DNA from: an uncultured Flavobacteriales bacterium
GTDB lineage: Bacteria > Bacteroidota > Bacteroidia > Flavobacteriales > BACL11
NCBI GenBank assembly: GCA_905479165.1
Contig: CAJQLK010000065.1
Span: 1 to 49,462 of the forward strand
Direction of reading: 5' to 3'
Length of the DNA: 49,462 nucleotides
In this document: positions 29,845 through 36,831 of the stretch, piece by piece
How the letters are laid out: each line of letters opens with the position of its first letter
Numbering within the stretch: position 1 is the first letter of the stretch
Position numbers and translations under genes: made by a program
Notes under the pieces: generated by a model
What the model was told of the DNA's origin: nothing
What the model saw: only the letters and a program-made list of their open reading frames with translations
Database searches by the model: none

Positions 29845-29852
29845 TACTTTTG
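29845..29852 (+). promoter_or_regulatory. Candidate -7 box (TACTTTTG) upstream of the aldehyde dehydrogenase gene
   Basis: TCTACTTTTGCACTC matches TAnnTTTG, 28 nt upstream of the ATG at 29881. Confidence 0.3.
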
Positions 29853-29880
29853 CACTCTCATTTTATAAAAATAAATTACA

Positions 29881-31413
29881 ATGATTGATATTAAAAAAAC
29901 ACTAGGTGTTTTAGGAATTAAAGCGTCTAATAATGGTACTTCAACAGGAGCTAATTCTTTTGGTGGTGGTGCTGAAGTTGAATCTTATTCTCCGGTAGAT
30001 GGAGGTTTGATTGGAAAAGTTACTGTAACTACTCCAGAAGAATATGAAAAAGTAATGCAGGCTGCAACAGCTGCATTCAAAGATTGGAGACTAAAACCCG
30101 CTCCACTAAGAGGGGAGATTGTTCGTCAGTATGGGGAAAAATTAAGAGCTTATAAACAAGAGTTGGGAGAGCTTGTTTCTTATGAAATGGGTAAATCTTT
30201 ACAAGAAGGCTTAGGTGAAGTGCAAGAAATGATTGATATCTGTGATTTTGCAGTTGGTCTTTCTCGTCAGCTACATGGTTTAACTATGCACTCTGAACGT
30301 CCAGGACATAGAATGTACGAGCAATATCATCCTCTTGGTGTGGTTGGAATTATTTCTGCGTTTAACTTCCCAGTTGCTGTTTGGAATTGGAATACAGCAT
30401 TAGCATGGATTTCAGGAGATACTTGTGTTTGGAAGGCGTCAGAAAAAGCACCTTTATGTGCAGTTGCTTGTCAAAACATCTGGAATGAAGTAGCTAAAGA
30501 AAATAATTTACCAGAAGGGATTTCTTGTATCATAAATGGAAACTATAAGGTGGGGGAAATGATGACTTCTGACGATAGATTACCTTTAATTTCTGCTACT
30601 GGATCAACAAGAATGGGTAGAATTGTGGGTGCTGAGGTTGCTAAAAGATTCGGAACATCATTATTAGAATTAGGAGGAAATAATGCAATTATAATAACTC
30701 CAAATGCTGATTTAGAAATTACAATTATTGGTGCATTATTTGGTGCTGTTGGTACTTGCGGACAAAGATGCACTTCTACAAGAAGACTGATTATTCATGA
30801 ATCAGTTTATGAAGAGGTTAAGAATAAATTAGCGAAAGCTTACACTCAGTTATCTATTGGTAATCCATTAGATGAAAGTAATCATGTTGGACCGCTTATT
30901 GATAAAGATGCTGTAAATATGTATTTAAATGCTATTGAAAAAGCAAAAAAAGAGGGTGGAAATGTGTTAGTTGAGGGTGGTGTGTTAGATGGTGAAGGTT
31001 ATGAAAGTGGTTGTTATGTAAAACCAGTAATTATTGAAGCTGAAAATCATTTCCAAATTGTACAAGATGAAACTTTTGCTCCTATCCTGTACATTATGAA
31101 ATATACGGACTTGGAAGAGGCTGTTGAAATGCAAAATGGTGTAAAACAAGGATTGTCTTCTGCTATTATGACAACCAACTTGCGTGAAGCTGAAAAATTC
31201 TTATCAGTTGCGGGTTCTGATTGTGGTATTGCAAATGTAAATATTGGTACTTCTGGCGCTGAAATTGGTGGTGCTTTTGGTGGAGAAAAAGAAACTGGTG
31301 GAGGAAGAGAAAGTGGCTCTGATGCTTGGAAAATTTACATGAGAAGACAAACAAACACAATTAATTATACTGCTGAATTACCTTTAGCACAAGGAATCAA
31401 GTTTGATTTGTAA
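29881..31413 (+). CDS. Aldehyde dehydrogenase family protein (ALDH7 / piperideine-6-carboxylate dehydrogenase-like)
   Basis: 510 aa. LELGGNNA and catalytic Cys context GTCGQRCTS. The N-terminal LGI...NGT...G pattern is typical of ALDH7-type enzymes. Confidence 0.88.
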   Translation: MIDIKKTLGVLGIKASNNGTSTGANSFGGGAEVESYSPVDGGLIGKVTVTTPEEYEKVMQAATAAFKDWRLKPAPLRGEIVRQYGEKLRAYKQELGELVSYEMGKSLQEGLGEVQEMIDICDFAVGLSRQLHGLTMHSERPGHRMYEQYHPLGVVGIISAFNFPVAVWNWNTALAWISGDTCVWKASEKAPLCAVACQNIWNEVAKENNLPEGISCIINGNYKVGEMMTSDDRLPLISATGSTRMGRIVGAEVAKRFGTSLLELGGNNAIIITPNADLEITIIGALFGAVGTCGQRCTSTRRLIIHESVYEEVKNKLAKAYTQLSIGNPLDESNHVGPLIDKDAVNMYLNAIEKAKKEGGNVLVEGGVLDGEGYESGCYVKPVIIEAENHFQIVQDETFAPILYIMKYTDLEEAVEMQNGVKQGLSSAIMTTNLREAEKFLSVAGSDCGIANVNIGTSGAEIGGAFGGEKETGGGRESGSDAWKIYMRRQTNTINYTAELPLAQGIKFDL

Positions 31414-31443
31414 CACAATTGTTGGTTGCTTTCAAATAATTAA

Positions 31444-31478
31444 AAATCCTACTCTTTTTGAGTGGGGTTTTATTTTTT
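31444..31478 (+). terminator. Probable intrinsic terminator after the aldehyde dehydrogenase gene
   Basis: CCTACTC-ttttt-GAGTGGG (7 bp including one G-U pair) followed by GTTTTATTTTTT. Confidence 0.45.
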
Positions 31479-31491
31479 GTATTTTTGGAAA

Positions 31492-32598
31492 ATGAAAAGA
31501 TTTAAAGCCTTACTAATTTATTTTTTACTACTACTTCCTTTTATTTCTTTTTGTCAAACTAATTCAGATTGCAGTGATGTGACTATATCATCAGCAACCG
31601 TTAATGGTGGTTATACTGTAAGCTCTTATTTAGAAAGTAATGGGGTAAGAGATGGTAATGATTATTATGGATCGACAATATATTATCCAGAAAACACAAG
31701 TGGTTTATTGCCAAGTATTATTATTATTCCGGGTTATGCTAACCCAGAATTAAGTGTTCAGGCTTGGGGGTCTTTTTTAGCTTCTCATGGTATTGTTTGT
31801 ATGACTATTGGCACTAATAGTATTTGGGATGAGGTAATAGAGAGAAAAATAGCTCTCCAAGACGCTTTAATTAGTTTGAAGGCTGAAAATAACCGAACAA
31901 ACTCTTCTTTATTTAATAAGTTAGACACTAACCTTATTGCCCTTGGTGGTTGGTCAATGGGTGGTGGAGGCGCTCAATTAGTTGCAGTTGAAGATCCTAA
32001 TATAAAAGCTGTCCTTGCTTTCTGTCCTTGGATCGATCCATCAGTTGTTTCTCCTACTTTGTTAAACCACAATTCTCCAATTCTCATTTTTAGCGGACAA
32101 ATTGATGTTGTGGCTCCACCAGGAGCTCATGCTGACATACAGTATAACTACACCCCAAGTTCTACAAAAAAACTTAAATATGAAGTGTTTGGTGGTGGAC
32201 ACACAATCGCAAACACTCCTTTAGGTGGGTTTGGTGATGTAGGAAGAATGGGTTTGTCTTGGTTAAAAAAATACCTAGTTAATGATAGTTGCTACTGCCC
32301 TTTATTGTTAGATATACCAACTACAGCCTCTGACTATGAAACCAATATAGATTGCTCCATTGCTAGTGGTATTGTTGATTATATAAATGATTTAATTATT
32401 TATCCTAATCCAGTAAGCAGTACAATTACTTTAAAAGGGGTGTTAGTTAAAAACAATCTTTATCAAATTATAAGTATTGATGGTAAGGTATTAAAGAGTG
32501 AAATCTTAAAAACCACTAAAATTGATGTTTCTTTTTTAAAAAAAGGGATTTATTTTTTAGAATATAGAAATCAGAAAATTAAACTAATTAAAAATTAG
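31492..32598 (+). CDS. Secreted PETase-like / cutinase-like alpha/beta hydrolase with a T9SS type-A C-terminal sorting domain
   Basis: The preferred ATG is at 31492 (MKRFKALLIYFLLLLPFISFCQ signal peptide); the tracked GTG at 31462 lies inside the terminator stem. By eye it aligns with Ideonella sakaiensis PETase: TIYYPENTSG..IIIIPGYAN..WGSFLASHGIVCMTIGTNS; GGWSMGGGGA (Ser nucleophile); ILIFSGQIDVVAP (Asp); GGGHTIAN (His). The C-terminus IYPNPVSSTITL...GIYFLEY...KLIKN is a Por secretion tail. Confidence 0.8.
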   Translation: MKRFKALLIYFLLLLPFISFCQTNSDCSDVTISSATVNGGYTVSSYLESNGVRDGNDYYGSTIYYPENTSGLLPSIIIIPGYANPELSVQAWGSFLASHGIVCMTIGTNSIWDEVIERKIALQDALISLKAENNRTNSSLFNKLDTNLIALGGWSMGGGGAQLVAVEDPNIKAVLAFCPWIDPSVVSPTLLNHNSPILIFSGQIDVVAPPGAHADIQYNYTPSSTKKLKYEVFGGGHTIANTPLGGFGDVGRMGLSWLKKYLVNDSCYCPLLLDIPTTASDYETNIDCSIASGIVDYINDLIIYPNPVSSTITLKGVLVKNNLYQIISIDGKVLKSEILKTTKIDVSFLKKGIYFLEYRNQKIKLIKN

Positions 32599-33629
32599 TT
32601 TTCTTTTTTATTCAGCTTAATTCTCTCATCTCTATTTGCAAGTTCCCATGCAGTTAAAAATATCAATCTTGTTATTTTTTGAATTTTATCAAAATCAATT
32701 TTTTCTACAGTATCGGTTACTTTGTGATAGTCTTCATGGATACCATTAAAATAGAAAATTACTGGAATATTATTTTTAGCAAAATTATAATGATCGGATC
32801 GGTAATAATATCTGTTGGGATCATCCTCTTCATTAAAAGTATAGTCTAATTCTAAACCAATATACTCTTTGTTTATTTGTTCGCTTATATTGTGTAGTTC
32901 TTGGCTTAACCTGTCTGCCCCTATAAGGTATACATAATTAGGATTGTCTTTAAAATCACCTATCCTACCAATCATATCTATATTTAGGTTTGCTACCGTA
33001 TTTTCTAGAGGATAAATTGGATGATCTGTATAATATTTACTTCCTAATAATCCTTTTTCTTCTCCTGAAACTGCCATCACTAAAAGAGATCTTCTTGGTC
33101 CTTGTCCTTCTTTTTTAGCAATCATAAAGGCTTCTGCTATTTCTATTGCTGCAACCGTTCCGCTTGCATCATCATCAGCCCCATTAAAAATTAAGCTGTC
33201 GTGTTTTCCTAGATGATCATAGTGAGCGGTAACAATAATAAGTTCATCTTTTAGGTCAGTTCCTTCAATATAACCCAATACATTTTCCCCTTTTATTTTA
33301 TTTTTATTTCCAAATATTTTTTTTACTAAATTCTGATCACAATCATCACATTTACAAAGATGTCTTCCTGATTTTACTTTGAATTTTTGATAGTATGATT
33401 TTTTTATATAAGGAGGTATACCTATGTTTTTAAAATGATTCATGATATAATCAGCAGCCATTTTTTGTCCTGGCTTTCCTGTTTCTCTACCTTCTAAAGA
33501 ATCAGATGCAAGTATTATAAGGTGTTTTTCTAAATCTGAAACAATAATTGTTTCTGAATATTTTATATTATCTTGAGAAAAAGAAGAAATTGATATTCCT
33601 ATAAAAAGTATAACTATTATTTTTTTCAT
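32595..33629 (-). CDS. M28 family peptidase (aminopeptidase)
   Basis: 344 aa with a signal peptide. Motifs AHYDHLG, DDASG, GEEKGLLGS and NIDMIG. Confidence 0.85.
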   Translation of the reverse strand: MKKIIVILFIGISISSFSQDNIKYSETIIVSDLEKHLIILASDSLEGRETGKPGQKMAADYIMNHFKNIGIPPYIKKSYYQKFKVKSGRHLCKCDDCDQNLVKKIFGNKNKIKGENVLGYIEGTDLKDELIIVTAHYDHLGKHDSLIFNGADDDASGTVAAIEIAEAFMIAKKEGQGPRRSLLVMAVSGEEKGLLGSKYYTDHPIYPLENTVANLNIDMIGRIGDFKDNPNYVYLIGADRLSQELHNISEQINKEYIGLELDYTFNEEDDPNRYYYRSDHYNFAKNNIPVIFYFNGIHEDYHKVTDTVEKIDFDKIQKITRLIFLTAWELANRDERIKLNKKEN

Positions 33630-33630
33630 A

Positions 33631-34062
33631 TTAACAACAAGATATTTTATTTACTCTAGTTTCATGTCTTCCTCCTTCAAAATCTGTATTTAAAAATATT
33701 TCTACAATTTTTTCTACTTCTTGCCATTCTAAATGTCTAGCAGGCATAGTAAGGATATTAGCATTATTATGTAATCTAGCTTGTTCTGCAATGTGAATAT
33801 TCCAACAAAGTGCAGCCCGAATTCGTTGGTGTTTATTAGCAGACATATTAATTCCATTACCCGTTCCACAAAATTGTATACCTAATTCATTATCCTTATT
33901 TTCAATGCTTTCTGCCAATTTATGTGCAAAATCTGGGTAATCCACACTTTCTAAAGAATAACATCCATAATCGTTTATTTCATTACCTTTACTAGATAAA
34001 AGTTTTTTTAGTTTTTCTTTATATTCAAACCCTGCATGGTCACAAGCTACCCCTATTTTCAT
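33631..34062 (-). CDS. rpiB: Ribose-5-phosphate isomerase B
   Basis: 143 aa. IGVACDHAGFEYK and CGTGNGINMSANK motifs. Confidence 0.9.
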   Translation of the reverse strand: MKIGVACDHAGFEYKEKLKKLLSSKGNEINDYGCYSLESVDYPDFAHKLAESIENKDNELGIQFCGTGNGINMSANKHQRIRAALCWNIHIAEQARLHNNANILTMPARHLEWQEVEKIVEIFLNTDFEGGRHETRVNKISCC

Positions 34063-34617
34063 AATTTATTATTTTAACAGTGTGTTAGTAATTTTAAAAT
34101 TTAAGCTAGTAGGTTTATTTTACTTATTAATATTTATTTTAAAAATATGTTAATAAATAAGTAACCAAATAAAACAACTTCTCTTTTATTTATAATTATA
34201 AAAACTAAGCTTTTATAAATTTTTAAAGTCAAGTAAAATTATTGTTTTTTATATTTTACTTTTAAACTCATTTATTAACTTTATTTAATTGTAAAAATAG
34301 TTTTATTTATTAAAATAAAGCTGTTGGTTTAGCTTATTAACAACTATTAATAAATGTTAATATAATGTTTAAGTAGTTGATTATTATAATTTAAAAATTA
34401 ACAATTATTAAAAAAATATGTGAGTTTGTTTTAATAGATAATATAAACTAAAAATTACAACTAAATTTATTAACTGAGTTAACATTTATATATATAAATT
34501 ATCTTTCTTTTTTATTTTTAAAATAACCTATATATATAATATAATCTAAAACTAAAATCAATTTTTAATTTTTATAAAATTATTGTACTTTTACAACTCA
34601 CTAATAAATTTAAAACT

Positions 34618-36831
34618 ATGAAAAAAATATTTACTTTAGTAATTGGAATATTCTTTTTTTTCAATTCAAATTCTCAAACAACATGTGTCGATAGTAGCTT
34701 AATCGATCCTAATGCTATATGTACTATGATATATGACCCAGTTTGTGGATGCAATGGTGTAGAATATAGTAATGATTGTGTAGCTGAAAATTTTGGAGGA
34801 GTAACTTCATGGACATCTGGACCTTGTTCTTCTACTCCACCTCAAACAAGTATATGTGAAAATTTTGATTCATATCAAAATGGAGATCCAGTTGCTCAAA
34901 CTTTATCTAATTGGAATACTTGGGGGGAATTAATGAGTGGAACAACTGCACCTTTTGCAGATGATGCTAATATAAATAGTAATTTAAGTTATAGTGGTTC
35001 AAATTCTTTATATTTATTTTCAGGTGCTACTCAAGGAACTCAAGATATAGTATTACCTTTTGGAACTGCAGCACCATATGAATTAGGTGTTTTTGAATTT
35101 TCTTCAATGTTTTATATTAATGCAGGAACAGGAGCATATTTTAATTTTCAAGCAGAGAATATTCCTGGAAATGTATGGTCTTTAGATTGTAAAATGGATT
35201 TAGGTTCTTTAATTTTAGAAAACACAGGAAATGGTTTTAATTATTTAACTACTACATATCCAGAAGATATTTGGTTTGAGTTAAAACTAGTTTGTGATTT
35301 AACTAATAATAATTGGGAATTATTTATAGATAATCAAAGTCAAGGAAATTTTACTAATAATGTAAATAAGATTGCTTCCTTAGATTTATATCCTATTATA
35401 GGTCACCAATTTTATGTAGATGATGTTTGTTGGTCATATATAGAACCAAATTTAGAAGATTTGAATGCTCAAGTTATATTAGTTAACCCAATAACTGGAT
35501 TGCAAGGACAGGATAGAAATCCATCTGTTGATGTTAGAAATTTAGGTATATCTAATATTACATCTTTTGATGTTGATTTTGAATATAATGGTACTACAAT
35601 AACAGAAAATATAACCGGATTAAATATGTCAACTCAAGATATTTACACAGTAAATATGAGTAATTCAATAACATTAGTAGGTGGTTTTAATATAGGAACC
35701 GCAACTGTTTATAATGTTAATAATTTAGGACCTGATGATGATAGTTCAGATGATATTATGTCAATTCAAATAGATGCTATAGTTCCAGTAGAGGGTAAAT
35801 TAGTTATAGGAGAGGAAGCAACAGGTACATGGTGTGGTTGGTGTCCAAGAGGTGCTGTAGCATTAAATTGGATGGATAAAGATTATGAAGGATATTGGCA
35901 AGGAATAGCAGTACATAATGGAGATCCTATGACTGACCCAGATTATGATAATGGAATAGCTTCTTATATTGGAGGATACCCAAGTGGAATGGTAGATAGG
36001 GGACAAGAAACTGACCCTATGGGAGTAGGAACCCCAACAAGCTTTAAAGATGAGTTTTTACAAAGAATTATTATTGAACCAAATGGAATTATTACAAACG
36101 GAGCAGAATTAAATGGAAATACTTTAAAAGTTTCTCTAACTGTTGATATTCAAAATAACATAAATGGTAATTATAAATTAGCATGTGTATTGGTTGAAGA
36201 TTCTGTTACAGGAACCGCTACTTCTTACTATCAATCAAATTCATACAGTGGAGGAGCTTCTGGTTCTTTAGTAGATGTGGATGGAACAGATTGGGCTAAT
36301 ATGCCATCAAATGTACCTGCTTCGCAAATGATTTATCGCCATGTAGCTAGAAGTATTGCTCCAGGATTTATGGGAGAACCATTAACCTCAAATTCATATA
36401 TTACGGGAGATAGTGAAACTATTTGTTTTGAATTTACTTTAGATCCTTCTTGGGATCAATCACAAATTCATATAGTAGGAATGTTTATTAATGATAACAA
36501 TGGAATTGATAATGCATCATCAACAAATATTATAAATTCAGTTAGCACAGGATTAAATACTTCTTGCGCAACAATTAGTATTGGAACGGAATTAAATGGT
36601 CCGGATATAGTAAATATTTATCCCAATCCAGCTAATAATAAAATTTACATTTCAAACTTAACAGAAGAAAATACTTCTATAAAAATATATGATATTAAAG
36701 GATGTATAGTATTGGAAAATAGAATTTCAAATAAAGAATATTTAGATATTTCAAGCCTTGCAAAAGGAGTATACCAAATTAAGTTTGAAGGAAAAAAACT
36801 GAATGAAACAAGAAAATTAATTAAAAATTAA
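34618..36831 (+). CDS. Secreted multidomain protein: Kazal-like domain, jelly-roll-like region, CARDB-like domain, Omp28-related/thioredoxin-like domain with WCGWCP, and a T9SS type-A sorting domain
   Basis: 737 aa with a signal peptide. The Kazal-like segment is CTMIYDPVCGCNGVEYSNDCVAENFGGVTSWTSGPC. VIGEEATGTWCGWCPRGAVAL resembles Omp28-related proteins. The C-terminus is IYPNPANNKIYISNL...GVYQIKFEG...RKLIKN. Confidence 0.8.
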   Translation: MKKIFTLVIGIFFFFNSNSQTTCVDSSLIDPNAICTMIYDPVCGCNGVEYSNDCVAENFGGVTSWTSGPCSSTPPQTSICENFDSYQNGDPVAQTLSNWNTWGELMSGTTAPFADDANINSNLSYSGSNSLYLFSGATQGTQDIVLPFGTAAPYELGVFEFSSMFYINAGTGAYFNFQAENIPGNVWSLDCKMDLGSLILENTGNGFNYLTTTYPEDIWFELKLVCDLTNNNWELFIDNQSQGNFTNNVNKIASLDLYPIIGHQFYVDDVCWSYIEPNLEDLNAQVILVNPITGLQGQDRNPSVDVRNLGISNITSFDVDFEYNGTTITENITGLNMSTQDIYTVNMSNSITLVGGFNIGTATVYNVNNLGPDDDSSDDIMSIQIDAIVPVEGKLVIGEEATGTWCGWCPRGAVALNWMDKDYEGYWQGIAVHNGDPMTDPDYDNGIASYIGGYPSGMVDRGQETDPMGVGTPTSFKDEFLQRIIIEPNGIITNGAELNGNTLKVSLTVDIQNNINGNYKLACVLVEDSVTGTATSYYQSNSYSGGASGSLVDVDGTDWANMPSNVPASQMIYRHVARSIAPGFMGEPLTSNSYITGDSETICFEFTLDPSWDQSQIHIVGMFINDNNGIDNASSTNIINSVSTGLNTSCATISIGTELNGPDIVNIYPNPANNKIYISNLTEENTSIKIYDIKGCIVLENRISNKEYLDISSLAKGVYQIKFEGKKLNETRKLIKN

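Noticed and set aside
31166-31360. His/Gln-rich repetitive 64-aa ORF (minus strand)
   Set aside because: It is antisense to the Gly-rich C-terminal part of the aldehyde dehydrogenase gene. The repetitiveness reflects GGT/GGA runs on the coding strand.
31462-31491. GTG-initiated extension of the PETase-like gene
   Set aside because: The GTG lies within the stem of the upstream terminator hairpin. ATG 31492 starts a textbook signal peptide.
34063-34617. AT-rich spacer as oriC, a CRISPR array, or an invertible (phase-variable) promoter
   Set aside because: - oriC: there are no DnaA-box-like sequences and no adjacent dnaA or dnaN.
- CRISPR: there are no regularly spaced direct repeats.
- Inverton: the best flanking inverted repeat (GTGAGTT at about 34420 and AACTCAC at about 34594) is only 7 bp perfect, roughly what chance allows, and no site-specific recombinase gene is present in the window.
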